Assembly: GCA_046757665.1 (NCBI GenBank)
Contig: JBHHYO010000002.1
Coordinates: 1-64,000, forward strand
Direction: 5' to 3'
From: Nitrospinales bacterium
GTDB lineage: Bacteria; Nitrospinota; Nitrospinia; Nitrospinales; JAJDAT01
DNA: 64,000 bases
In this document: piece after piece, positions 30,463 to 40,135 of the stretch
Position numbering within the stretch: the first letter of the stretch is position 1
Layout: the number at the start of each line of letters is the position of its first letter
The notes under the pieces: generated by a model
Databases searched by the model: none
What the model was told of the DNA's origin: nothing
Seen by the model: the letters and a program-made list of their open reading frames with translations, nothing else
Made by a program: the position numbers and the translations under genes

Positions 30463-31866
30463 ATGAAAACTATTTCACCAAGACCCTTTATGGATAAATT
30501 TGAAACACAGATCACCAATTATGTGCACGGCTTAACTTATCGCGACCTGACGCAAGATGCCGTCCAAGCCGCGAAAGAACGGTATCTGGACAGTTTGGCC
30601 GTTGCGCTTGCCGCATTTCATACCCCTCCGGTGAAAGCCATGAGGAAGTTTGCTCTTGAATCTTCCTCGGCAACAGGCGCAACGGTACTGGGAACCAGGC
30701 ACAAAGCTCCGGTTGATTACGCAACGGTTTACCTGGGCACGATGATCCGGGCGCTTGATTGGAACGACACGTATCTCAACCGGGAGCCGGCCCATCCGAG
30801 CGACAACATTGCCGCCTGTCTCCCCGTGGCGGAAGCGAACGGTAAAACGGGAAAAGACCTGATACTGGCAACTGTTGTTGCATACGAATTACATTGCCGG
30901 CTTTGCGACGCCGCAGGGATTAGAAAAAAAGGATGGGACCACGTGACCTACGGTTCCGTGTCAAGTTCCGCGGCCGCCGCAAAGTTGATGGATTTCTCCA
31001 AGCGGCAAATCCGCGATACACTGGCCATTGCCGTCACGACCGGCAATTACCTGCGGCAAACGCGGGTCGGCACGATTTCGCAATGGAAAGCCGCCGCATT
31101 CGCCCAGGCCGCCCAAAATGCCGTGCGCGCGGCGCTTTACGTCAAACACGGTTTCACCGGGCCCAGCGACATCTTTACTGGCCAACACGGATTTATCAAT
31201 CAGATCACCCTAGGAGAGTTTGACCTTGCCGGGCAATTCGCCGGACCCGACAGCAAGGATTTCAAGATCGCCGATACCTACATCAAATTTTTCCCCGCGG
31301 AATATCACTCCCAAAGCGCCATATGGGCGGCCCTGCAACTCAGGGAGTCCATCGGCCATGAACGCTTGCGGGAGATCGCAAAAATTCATATTGAAACCAG
31401 TTTTCATTCCTATGAGATCATCGGCAAGGAGCCGGCCAAATGGGCGCCGGAAACAAAAGAAACCGCCGACCACAGTCTGCCCTATATCGTGGCCGCCGCT
31501 CTGATAGACGGAAACATCACGCTTCAGCAGTTCGACGATTCTCATTTGAATAATCCCGAACTTCGCTCCCTGATGCAAAAAGTTACTGTCGCCGAAAAAA
31601 AGAAGTACACGGAAATTTATGGAAAATCGTTTCCCAACAAGGTTATCGTCACACTGGCAAACGGCGCCGTCCATGAAAAGGAAGTTTTGGATCCCAAAGG
31701 CCATCCCAACAACCCGTTGACACCAAAAGAAATTGAAACCAAATTCAAAACAGCGGCCGCTCCACTATTGAGCGAAGAAAAACAAAATCAAATAATCGAT
31801 TCCATAGGGTCCCTCGAGAAGATCGAAAACCTGACCGACTTGATGCGGCTGTTGGAGGTCAAATAA
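30463..31866 (+). CDS. prpD: 2-methylcitrate dehydratase (MmgE/PrpD)
   Basis: LDWNDTY, HPSDNI, GWDHV, KFFPAEYHSQ, ETADHSLPY. Confidence 0.88.
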   Translation: MKTISPRPFMDKFETQITNYVHGLTYRDLTQDAVQAAKERYLDSLAVALAAFHTPPVKAMRKFALESSSATGATVLGTRHKAPVDYATVYLGTMIRALDWNDTYLNREPAHPSDNIAACLPVAEANGKTGKDLILATVVAYELHCRLCDAAGIRKKGWDHVTYGSVSSSAAAAKLMDFSKRQIRDTLAIAVTTGNYLRQTRVGTISQWKAAAFAQAAQNAVRAALYVKHGFTGPSDIFTGQHGFINQITLGEFDLAGQFAGPDSKDFKIADTYIKFFPAEYHSQSAIWAALQLRESIGHERLREIAKIHIETSFHSYEIIGKEPAKWAPETKETADHSLPYIVAAALIDGNITLQQFDDSHLNNPELRSLMQKVTVAEKKKYTEIYGKSFPNKVIVTLANGAVHEKEVLDPKGHPNNPLTPKEIETKFKTAAAPLLSEEKQNQIIDSIGSLEKIENLTDLMRLLEVK

Positions 31867-31867
31867 A

Positions 31868-32710
31868 ATGAGCGGGAAAAAACTCCGCGCCTTGCTGAAA
31901 CAAGAAGAGCATGTGGTGATGCCCGGCGCTTACAACGCATTCGTAGCAAAACAAATTGCCGAAGAAGGCTTCCACGGCGTTTATATATCCGGCGCGGGCC
32001 TTTCCAACAGCCTGGGCGTCGCCGACGAGGGCGCACTGGGCCTTGAGGATTTTCTCTATATCGGCGGCTGGATTACCAAGGCCGTCGACATCCCCATCAT
32101 CTGCGACGCAGATACCGGTTTCCAAAACATTGGAGAAACCGTAAGGACATATATTGAGGCGGGGTTTTCAGGATTACATATTGAGGACCAGATTTTCCCA
32201 AAAAGGTGCGGTCATTTATCCGGAAAGGAAGTGATTGCAAGAGATGAGATGATTGCCAAAATAAAAGAAGCTTGCGCGGCCCGCGACCGGTACGATACGG
32301 AATTTGTCATCATCGCCCGAACCGACGCGCGTGGCGCAACCAATATCGACAACGACTCCCAACTCAATGAATCCATCACGAGAGGAAAATTGTATCGGGA
32401 CGCGGGAGCGGACATGATCTTTCCCGAGTCTCTCAGAAATAAAGACGAGTTCGCGGAGTATAGAAGCAAAGTTTCCGGCGACTTACTTGCCAACATGACG
32501 GAATTCGGCAAAACACCTTACCTTAAGGCAAGGGAATTCATGGAACTGGGGTATAAAATCATTCTCTTCCCCGTTTCCCTGTTCAGATACCATGCCGGAC
32601 AGACGAAATCTTTTCTCGCCAGGTTAAAAGAAGAGGGCAGTCAAAAGGAATTGACGCCGGAGATGATGCACAGGTCGGAAATTAACGACATCCTCAATTA
32701 TAAGCCATAG
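31868..32710 (+). CDS. prpB: 2-methylisocitrate lyase
   Basis: DADTGF, PKRCGHL, IIARTDA, LLANMTEFGKTP. Confidence 0.92.
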   Translation: MSGKKLRALLKQEEHVVMPGAYNAFVAKQIAEEGFHGVYISGAGLSNSLGVADEGALGLEDFLYIGGWITKAVDIPIICDADTGFQNIGETVRTYIEAGFSGLHIEDQIFPKRCGHLSGKEVIARDEMIAKIKEACAARDRYDTEFVIIARTDARGATNIDNDSQLNESITRGKLYRDAGADMIFPESLRNKDEFAEYRSKVSGDLLANMTEFGKTPYLKAREFMELGYKIILFPVSLFRYHAGQTKSFLARLKEEGSQKELTPEMMHRSEINDILNYKP

Positions 32711-32719
32711 GAACTGACA

Positions 32720-33898
32720 ATGAATACAATTGACACAGGTCTTGACGGTGTGCCCGTCTGCACCTCTGATATATCCCTGACAACATTGGGAGCGGATGGA
32801 AACCCCATTCTCCTGTACCGGGGATACAGCATATTTGATCTTGTCAAAGGTTTTTTTGAAGAAAGCGTTTATCTGCTCCTTCAAGGCCATCTACCCAGTA
32901 AGGACCAATTCGACGCTTTCACCCAGCAACTCAACACAAACCGCAGTCTCGGTCGACGAATCATCGAACACATGAAAAGTTATCCTGAAAATGTTCACAT
33001 GATGGACTTTCTCCTGACCACTCTGTCCTACGCGCGAATGTTCGATGAGGATTATCACAACCCTTTGTGGCAAAGCCCAAAGTCGGAGGCTGACAAGCTG
33101 GCAAACCTTATTCTCAAAACCGGGATGCGCATGGGCGCAAAGATTCCAACCATCATCGCCAATGGATACAGAATACAGAGCGGAAAACCCGTTGTTCCAC
33201 ACAACCCATCCTTGAACTACGCCGCCAATTTTCTGCACATGCTGGGCATCGAACCCGAAGACGAAGCGGTAAAAGCGCTGAACACCGTGCTTATTCTTTA
33301 TTTGGAGCACACCATCAACTGCTCCACCTTCGCCTCCCTGGTTGCGGAATCATCGGGAACGGACCCCTATTCACCTCTGCTGGCCGGGGGAATCTCTTTA
33401 AAGGGAGTCTTTCATGGCGGGGCAAATGAGTGCACGGCCGATATGCTGGAAGAAATCGGCAAACCGGAAAATGCCGAGGCATATATCCACGGCAAGCTAG
33501 AAAGAAAGGAAATCGTTCCCGGGTTCGGCCATCGCTTGAAACACTATAAAGATAATGTCGAATCAAGAGTACGCATCGCCGAAGGAATCGCCAGGCCGCT
33601 TGCGAAAAAAAGGGGGCAAGGTCATTTATTTGAGATCTATGACATCATCAGCCGGATCATGCACAACGAAAAGGGACGCACCCCAAATGCCGATTTGCCC
33701 ATCTGTATTCTTTTAAAAATCATCGGCGTGCCCAAAACCCTCAACACACCCCTGTTCCAGGCAAGCCGGCATTTCGGCTGGGTGGCCAACAACGTAAGAC
33801 AACGAAAGGCCAACGGCCCTTTATATCGACCCACGCAAAAATACACCGGCCCCGGCACGGATAAAATAAAAACTTATGTCCCCCTGGAAAAACGATGA
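32720..33898 (+). CDS. prpC: Citrate/2-methylcitrate synthase
   Basis: LLYRGY, EHTINCSTFA, HGGANE, GFGHR, PNAD; located next to prpDB. Confidence 0.75.
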   Translation: MNTIDTGLDGVPVCTSDISLTTLGADGNPILLYRGYSIFDLVKGFFEESVYLLLQGHLPSKDQFDAFTQQLNTNRSLGRRIIEHMKSYPENVHMMDFLLTTLSYARMFDEDYHNPLWQSPKSEADKLANLILKTGMRMGAKIPTIIANGYRIQSGKPVVPHNPSLNYAANFLHMLGIEPEDEAVKALNTVLILYLEHTINCSTFASLVAESSGTDPYSPLLAGGISLKGVFHGGANECTADMLEEIGKPENAEAYIHGKLERKEIVPGFGHRLKHYKDNVESRVRIAEGIARPLAKKRGQGHLFEIYDIISRIMHNEKGRTPNADLPICILLKIIGVPKTLNTPLFQASRHFGWVANNVRQRKANGPLYRPTQKYTGPGTDKIKTYVPLEKR

Positions 33899-33904
33899 TT
33901 CAAA

Positions 33905-35206
33905 ATGACCCAACATAAAATTCGCGGTTTCATCGGTGTCAAAAGCAATGACGGCCACGACGCCGCCATTCTGGTCGTTGCCGACACCCTGAAAAAGGGT
34001 GGTATTGAAGTGATCCTTGGCGGTTATGATCTAAGCGTCGACAAATTTGTCGAAGCCATTATCCAGGAAGGCGTACATTTCGCCGGCATCAGTTCATACA
34101 ACGGCGGTCACATCCCCTTTTTCAAGGCGATAAAAAAAAATTTACAAAACCGTCATTACCCGCATATTCATCTGATCGGCGGCGGCGGAGCAACAATCAC
34201 ACCGGATGATATTGAACGTCTCGAATGCGAGGCCGGCATTGATAAAATTTTTCGAAGCGGCGAGGCAAACCTGATCGTACCATTTATCAACGACCATTAT
34301 GATTTTTCCGTTGTTCCCGACCATCCCGAAAAGCTTCTGAAGGATTTGCCGGAAGGTGACGTAGCGGCCATCTCCTGCTTGATGAATCTGGCCGAGGAAA
34401 AAGCTCGCCTGGATACTTTGCTCGACAAAAAGAAGGCGGAGCTGAACATTGCGGCCGATCCGCAACAAGCTCACCGATTACTGGATGAACCTCTTGAAGA
34501 AAACGGACCGACAGGACGGAAGGTATTCGAACAGTCGAAACGCTATGCGATCTGCTTGTCGAAACTGGACGGCCTGACCGACAAAGCCCCAACCAGGGTT
34601 TACGGAATAACCGGCCGTGGCGGGTCCGGCAAAAGCACCTTGCTGGATGAGATCATTCTTCGCTTCTTTCACGACAAGCGAATGAACGACAGAAAAATTG
34701 CCATCCTTGCCGTCGATCCCACCTCAGACCGTTCCGGCGGCGCTCTTCTGGCAGATCGCATCGCATACATGTATGCCACGGACAAAACCTGGGTCGATAC
34801 AAGTAGAATTTTTATACGAAGCGTCGCTTCACGCGGTTACGGCAACGGCGTCGCCCGGGCGCTTCCGGATATGGTGAAAATTTTGAAAACCGCCGGATAT
34901 GACGTGTTTATCGAATCCTACGGAACCGGTCAACCCGACACAGGAATTACCGGCTTGACCGACCAATCCATCCTTGTCATCACACCGGATATCGGCGGCG
35001 CATCGCAAATTGCCAAAGAGGAAATGCTGGGACTGCCGGAAGTCTACATTGTCCTGAACAAAAACGAACTTCGCGGCGCAAGACACGTCATAAGCTTATT
35101 GCAAGGCAAGGTCAGCGACGACCGGTTGTTCCTCACAACCGCCATCCAGCATCGCAATTCCGGTGTCGACCGACTTTATCAATCGCTAACCGAAGGACAT
35201 GTCTGA
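33905..35206 (+). CDS. Cobalamin-binding domain + MeaB-like G-protein (N-terminal half of an IcmF-like mutase)
   Basis: DGHDAA, SSYNGGH, GGGG, GITGRGGSGKST, AVDPTS..GGALLADRI, NKNE. Confidence 0.88.
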   Translation: MTQHKIRGFIGVKSNDGHDAAILVVADTLKKGGIEVILGGYDLSVDKFVEAIIQEGVHFAGISSYNGGHIPFFKAIKKNLQNRHYPHIHLIGGGGATITPDDIERLECEAGIDKIFRSGEANLIVPFINDHYDFSVVPDHPEKLLKDLPEGDVAAISCLMNLAEEKARLDTLLDKKKAELNIAADPQQAHRLLDEPLEENGPTGRKVFEQSKRYAICLSKLDGLTDKAPTRVYGITGRGGSGKSTLLDEIILRFFHDKRMNDRKIAILAVDPTSDRSGGALLADRIAYMYATDKTWVDTSRIFIRSVASRGYGNGVARALPDMVKILKTAGYDVFIESYGTGQPDTGITGLTDQSILVITPDIGGASQIAKEEMLGLPEVYIVLNKNELRGARHVISLLQGKVSDDRLFLTTAIQHRNSGVDRLYQSLTEGHV

Positions 35207-36950
35207 GATGTCCCTGGCCGAAATTATCAATGCAAATGAAAATTATAATCGATCCGTCGAAGCCTCAGTGGAAAAGGCCAAAAAGAACCGGGCCTACCAA
35301 AATAAACTCCAGCGGGAATGGGATGAAAAACGACACACCATCGTATCGCACAAATTGCCGACAGGAATTGACGTCCCCCTGATTGCGGTTCCCTGTATGG
35401 ACCATCCGGCACAGATAGCCCGTTACCAAGGAGAATGGGGGTTTCCGGGAGAGTTTCCATACGGTTTATCCATTTATCCAAAAACTTTCCTGATTATTGA
35501 CGGAAAGCGCGAGCACGAAGAACCCACCAGGATATTCGCGGGCCTTGGATCTCCCGAAATGACCAACGCCCGATTTCATCTCATCATGGGGCAACAACAA
35601 TCCAGGCGGCTGAGCACCGCATTCGATACCAATACTCTGCTGGGAAGAAGCGCCGACAACCCCGATTACCTCCTGGACGTCGGCGAGGGCGGCGTATCGG
35701 TTTCAACCTACCAGGATATTCTCACGCTATATAACGGTTTTTTTTCGGACGATGCCAGCATCTCCATGACGATCAACGGCCCTTCCCTTTGGATGACCGC
35801 CGCCCGTTTTCAAGCGGCCAGAGAACGCGGACAGAATTTGAAAAAAATCCGGGGAACCTCGCAAACCGATCCGTGCAAGGAAGATGACGCCCAAAACGAA
35901 CTGCTTTTTCCCCTGGATAAATCCATCAAGCTGGCAATGGACATGTTTGAATGGTGTGCGCAAAACACCCCATCTTATTATCCGATCAATGTCAGCGGTT
36001 ACCATATCGAACAAAAAGGCGCCACGCCGATCCAACAAGCCGCCTTCACCCTGGCAAACGGATTCGTTTATGTCGATGCCGCTTTGCAACGCGGAATGAG
36101 CATCAATTCCATCGGCAAGCGTCTTCCTTTCTTTTACACATCGGGGATGGAAATCGAATACATCGCCCTGTTAAGCGCCGTGAGAAGAATCTGGGCGGTA
36201 GCCTTACGGGATGTCTATGGCGCGGATGACCCGGCCGCGCAAAAATTGAAGGCCCACGTACAAACATCCGGAAGAAGCCTGTACGAGCGGGAAATCCGGA
36301 ATAACATCACTCGGACGGCTCTCGAATTATTTCATGCTTTGTTGAATTATCCGCAAGCCCTCCACAGCAATTCGTATGATGAACCAATCACGACACCCAC
36401 GGAAGAAGCCGTTCGCATTGCCTCAGATGCGCAAGCTATCCTGTTTGAAGAAATGGGCGGATTCAAGGATATGATGGCGCACTTAAGCGACGGCTCCGGG
36501 CGAATGCAAGTTTATCATTTGGTCATGAAAGGTGTTCTGGATTATTTCCGGCAAATTGACGAATTCGGCGGCACCCTGCAGGCAAAAGCCGACGGATTTT
36601 TCCGCGACGAAATCGCACAATCATCCGCCTTGTACGACAAACAGGTGCACACCGGTGAAAGACGGATTATTGCGATCAATCGCTACCGGCAAGGGCGGAA
36701 AGAAAACAAGGCCGTCCCGCGCGTGGAAATTCCATGGGACCTCAAACAAAAGCGTTTTGAAGACGTAAAACGGTTCAAGAGCCAAAGGGACCAAAGAAAA
36801 GTCAAAGAAAAAATCCTGCAATTGCAAAACACGGCGGACAAGGACGACAATATCTTTGAGATAACACTGGAAATCGTTAAGGACGTAACCATTGATGAAT
36901 GGACCCGAGCCCTTCAAGAAGTTTATGGAATGTATCGAAGAAAAATTTAG
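35199..36950 (+). CDS. Acyl-CoA mutase TIM-barrel subunit (IcmF/isobutyryl-CoA mutase-like)
   Basis: PGEFPY, EPTRIFAG, RLSTAFD, SMTINGP, QTSGRSL, LHSNSYDE; start 35199 or 35208. Confidence 0.88.
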   Translation: MSEMSLAEIINANENYNRSVEASVEKAKKNRAYQNKLQREWDEKRHTIVSHKLPTGIDVPLIAVPCMDHPAQIARYQGEWGFPGEFPYGLSIYPKTFLIIDGKREHEEPTRIFAGLGSPEMTNARFHLIMGQQQSRRLSTAFDTNTLLGRSADNPDYLLDVGEGGVSVSTYQDILTLYNGFFSDDASISMTINGPSLWMTAARFQAARERGQNLKKIRGTSQTDPCKEDDAQNELLFPLDKSIKLAMDMFEWCAQNTPSYYPINVSGYHIEQKGATPIQQAAFTLANGFVYVDAALQRGMSINSIGKRLPFFYTSGMEIEYIALLSAVRRIWAVALRDVYGADDPAAQKLKAHVQTSGRSLYEREIRNNITRTALELFHALLNYPQALHSNSYDEPITTPTEEAVRIASDAQAILFEEMGGFKDMMAHLSDGSGRMQVYHLVMKGVLDYFRQIDEFGGTLQAKADGFFRDEIAQSSALYDKQVHTGERRIIAINRYRQGRKENKAVPRVEIPWDLKQKRFEDVKRFKSQRDQRKVKEKILQLQNTADKDDNIFEITLEIVKDVTIDEWTRALQEVYGMYRRKI

Positions 36951-37151
36951 CCCTCCAGCCGGTGGTTGCCCCGACCACGAAAAATCCATGGCCGGCAAGT
37001 CGCTTTCCCCGCTAATTTTTCACCTTTTTCTTCCCCTCCTTTCCTCCAGGAGCGTTACAATAATAAAAAGGAAATCATTTCACCTCTACTCCCAATAACC
37101 TGAAAATTTTCAGGAGCCAGTTTCGATTCCAATTTTAATTTAGGAGGTATT

Positions 37152-37970
37152 ATGAGCCGCCTAATGTATAGAACATTCGATATTTTTTGGCATGGGATCC
37201 AAAAGAACGTCCACAATCATCCTGTCATTACCCGCAATCCTTATTGCAAATGGTTTAAACAAGGGGAAATAAGCCACAACCAAATGGTCAACTTGTTTGA
37301 ACAGTTTGCCGTCTTCTCCAAGTGGTTTTTGCTGGCCCAATTGATGCGAGTCCTCCACGCATCAGACATTGAAGCTGAAACGCACGCCCGGTTTATTTTA
37401 GCCAATGAATTAGGAGTTGGAATAAATCCGGACGGGTCAACGGAAAACCAGCCGTTCAAAACTCCCTGGGCGCATATCAATTGGCTACGTGAAACCGCAA
37501 AACCTCTCAAACTGAATACGCAAATACTAGGGAATTGGGAAACCGCTTCACCTTCCACCCGGCATTTCATCGGTTCACTTGAAAAAACCTACGGAAGCAA
37601 AGATGCTGAAATCAGCCGAGGCGCGAGCTACGCCATCGAAACCTGGGCCGCATGGGGTATTGGCAAGGGAGAAGAACACGAATCCAACAACTTCTGGAAA
37701 GAGCTGATCACAGGTATTGAGCGATATAACGAAACGAACCACCTAAATGGAAACCGCGCTATCCCCCTCGATTTTTTCCTTTTCCATTTCAACAGTGAAA
37801 AAAGACACGGCGACAATGTGCTTGATGAAATGAAGACCTCTTTTCACAGCCCACGCTTTAATGCCCAAAAGTTTTTTAAAGGAGCCCATCAGGCGCTGGA
37901 GGCCATATATACATTCTGGCTTGGCCTGGACAAAACAAGAAAAGCTATCGGCAAAAAATCGGCCGCATGA
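37152..37970 (+). CDS. Heme-oxygenase-like diiron protein (HDO; CADD/PqqC/TenA fold)
   Basis: Ligand pattern E86, H108, E163, H212-x3-E216-x2-H219; strong RBS AGGAGG. Confidence 0.7.
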   Translation: MSRLMYRTFDIFWHGIQKNVHNHPVITRNPYCKWFKQGEISHNQMVNLFEQFAVFSKWFLLAQLMRVLHASDIEAETHARFILANELGVGINPDGSTENQPFKTPWAHINWLRETAKPLKLNTQILGNWETASPSTRHFIGSLEKTYGSKDAEISRGASYAIETWAAWGIGKGEEHESNNFWKELITGIERYNETNHLNGNRAIPLDFFLFHFNSEKRHGDNVLDEMKTSFHSPRFNAQKFFKGAHQALEAIYTFWLGLDKTRKAIGKKSAA

Positions 37971-38149
37971 TTTTTTTAGTGAAAGCGTTTCCAGCAAAAG
38001 AATCCCCATTGGACAAGTGATCATCCTAAATTCAAGACCATCCTTGGAGGCGCAACCTCAACAAGGCACTGAAAAGCCTCAAAATGTATCAGCTTTAAGA
38101 TTCACACTCCGCGTCAAGTTTCTCACCAACCCGGAAAGTTTTGAATATC

Positions 38150-39283
38150 ATGTCACACGGATCATCCTTAGGCATAAACAAACTATTTTCCATCGAATTT
38201 GTTGTTGATTTTTTCGATCGCTCCCGCAATTTCTACGCAAAAAAAATGGGCTTTGTAGAAACCCACCATTCCACTCCGGAATGGGAGGCTCTGTTCCACA
38301 GCAAGGGAGTTTTTTTCACTGCAAACGACATCAGAGTATTGGTTGTATCTCCAACGTCATCGCACGGATACACGGCCGAATTCTTAAAAATTCTTTCCCC
38401 GGGGATACGAAGAGTCACTTTTCAAGTGAGCGACCTGGATAAGACGATCGATTACCTGGCTGATCACGATGCAACTTTTCTCCACGGCGACAAGGAATTT
38501 TTTTCTAAAAACACCCGTCACCGCTTTATCACCATAACCACGCCAATTGGTTTCCTGGAATTTACCTTCTTGCAAATCGACGGAGACGAGGACGAAATTC
38601 CCATGTTTGAAAAAATCGAATCAGCCCCTGCCTCACCAATGCCTTCCTATTTGAAAATCGATCATTTGACCATTAACTCGCGGACTCTTTACCCGGTCAG
38701 TCATTTTTTCGAACATGTAATGGATTTAAAAAAATTCTGGACGGTGGCATTTCATACGCCAGATTTTAAATCCGGAAAAAAGGGAACCGGATTATCATCA
38801 AAAGTGATGTGGGATCCTCAGTCGAAAATAAAATTCGCCACCAACGATCCTCTTTACCCTCATTTCAACAGTTCGCAAATCCAGACTTTTATCAACCAGA
38901 ATCACGGAGCCGGCATCCAGCACATTGCCCTGGAAGTTGATAATTTAATCGATACCGCAAGAACTCTGCGGTCCCGCGGCATCGAATTTTTGGATACGCC
39001 CGACAGTTATTACAACCTTTTGCCGGAAAGGATGAAGACGCTTAATATCGGCGAATTAAAAGAGGACCTGGAGGAACTGAAATCCGAACGCATCCTCGTG
39101 GATGGAAAAAACGGGAACTACCTGCTACAAATATTTTTAAAAGATGCTTCCCTCCTTTACCACGAGGAAAAAGCCGGACCGTTCTTCTATGAACTGATCC
39201 AGCGCCACGGCCACGAGGGTTTTGGCGAAGGAAATTTTCGAGCTTTGTTTGAAGCGATTGAGTATCAGGCTCCCCACTCATGA
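38150..39283 (+). CDS. hppD: 4-hydroxyphenylpyruvate dioxygenase
   Basis: IDHL, SQIQTF, GAGIQHIAL, YLLQIF, ELIQR, GFGEGNF. Confidence 0.92.
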   Translation: MSHGSSLGINKLFSIEFVVDFFDRSRNFYAKKMGFVETHHSTPEWEALFHSKGVFFTANDIRVLVVSPTSSHGYTAEFLKILSPGIRRVTFQVSDLDKTIDYLADHDATFLHGDKEFFSKNTRHRFITITTPIGFLEFTFLQIDGDEDEIPMFEKIESAPASPMPSYLKIDHLTINSRTLYPVSHFFEHVMDLKKFWTVAFHTPDFKSGKKGTGLSSKVMWDPQSKIKFATNDPLYPHFNSSQIQTFINQNHGAGIQHIALEVDNLIDTARTLRSRGIEFLDTPDSYYNLLPERMKTLNIGELKEDLEELKSERILVDGKNGNYLLQIFLKDASLLYHEEKAGPFFYELIQRHGHEGFGEGNFRALFEAIEYQAPHS

Positions 39284-40131
39284 AACTACTACGGTATAAA
39301 ACCAAAGAGGGTCGGCAAAACCACGGTATTTTAGTAGATCAATCTATTTTCCCATTGGTCGATTTGAGCACTACCGAGGCGCTTAGCCAACCCGACTTAA
39401 TAAATAGTCATGGGAAGCGGATTATGCAACAACCACCCGTCTCCATCGGAGATGTCACTTTGTTGCCGCCGGTTGAAAACCCCGGCGCTTTTTTGGATTT
39501 TTACACATTTGAGGAGCATGTTAAAAACGCCCGCAAAAAACGCGGCTTGGACATGGTAGCAGAGTGGTACCAATTCCCCGTTTGGTATAATGGGTCGCCC
39601 CGTTGTTTTAGCGGGGACCGCTCTACAGTCATTTTTCCCGCAAACGAGAATAAGAAGGATTTTGAGCTGGAACTCGCCATCGTTCTTAAAAAAAAATGCT
39701 CCAAAGTAAATGTGGAGCAAGCTTCGGAATATATCGGCGGGTATACCATCTTGAACGATTTTTCGGCCAGGGAGTTGCAAGGAAAAATCATGCGTATTGG
39801 GCTTGGCCCCGCCAAGGCCAAGGATTTTAGCACCGGTCTGGGCCCTTATCTGGTCACCCCGGATGAAATCGGCGATCCCCGAAACCTGAAAATGCGGGCT
39901 TGGGTCAACGGTCAATTGTGGTCGGAGGGTAACAGCGGCACGTCTCACTACACGTTTGAAGAGATGATTGCTTTCGCTTCCGAATATCAAACATTATATC
40001 CTGGGGATGTTCTGGCAAGCGGAACTGTAGGGTCCGGATGCGGTTTGGAACAAGACCGGTTTCTGAACAAGGGCGATCAAGTTGTGCTGGAAATCGAAGG
40101 TATCGGCAAACTGACTCATTTTGTGGGGTAA
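39280..40131 (+). CDS. fahA: Fumarylacetoacetate hydrolase family protein
   Basis: DFYTFEEH, DFELEL, LNDFSARELQ, AKDF, PGDVLASGT; lies between hppD and hmgA. Confidence 0.82.
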   Translation: MKLLRYKTKEGRQNHGILVDQSIFPLVDLSTTEALSQPDLINSHGKRIMQQPPVSIGDVTLLPPVENPGAFLDFYTFEEHVKNARKKRGLDMVAEWYQFPVWYNGSPRCFSGDRSTVIFPANENKKDFELELAIVLKKKCSKVNVEQASEYIGGYTILNDFSARELQGKIMRIGLGPAKAKDFSTGLGPYLVTPDEIGDPRNLKMRAWVNGQLWSEGNSGTSHYTFEEMIAFASEYQTLYPGDVLASGTVGSGCGLEQDRFLNKGDQVVLEIEGIGKLTHFVG

Positions 40132-40135
40132 TCCT

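Noticed and set aside
35199-36950. Methylmalonyl-CoA mutase annotation
   Set aside because: RIFAG instead of RQYAG, plus IcmF-type motifs and domain order
38150-39283. Hydroxymandelate synthase
   Set aside because: Adjacent hmgA and fahA indicate homogentisate formation
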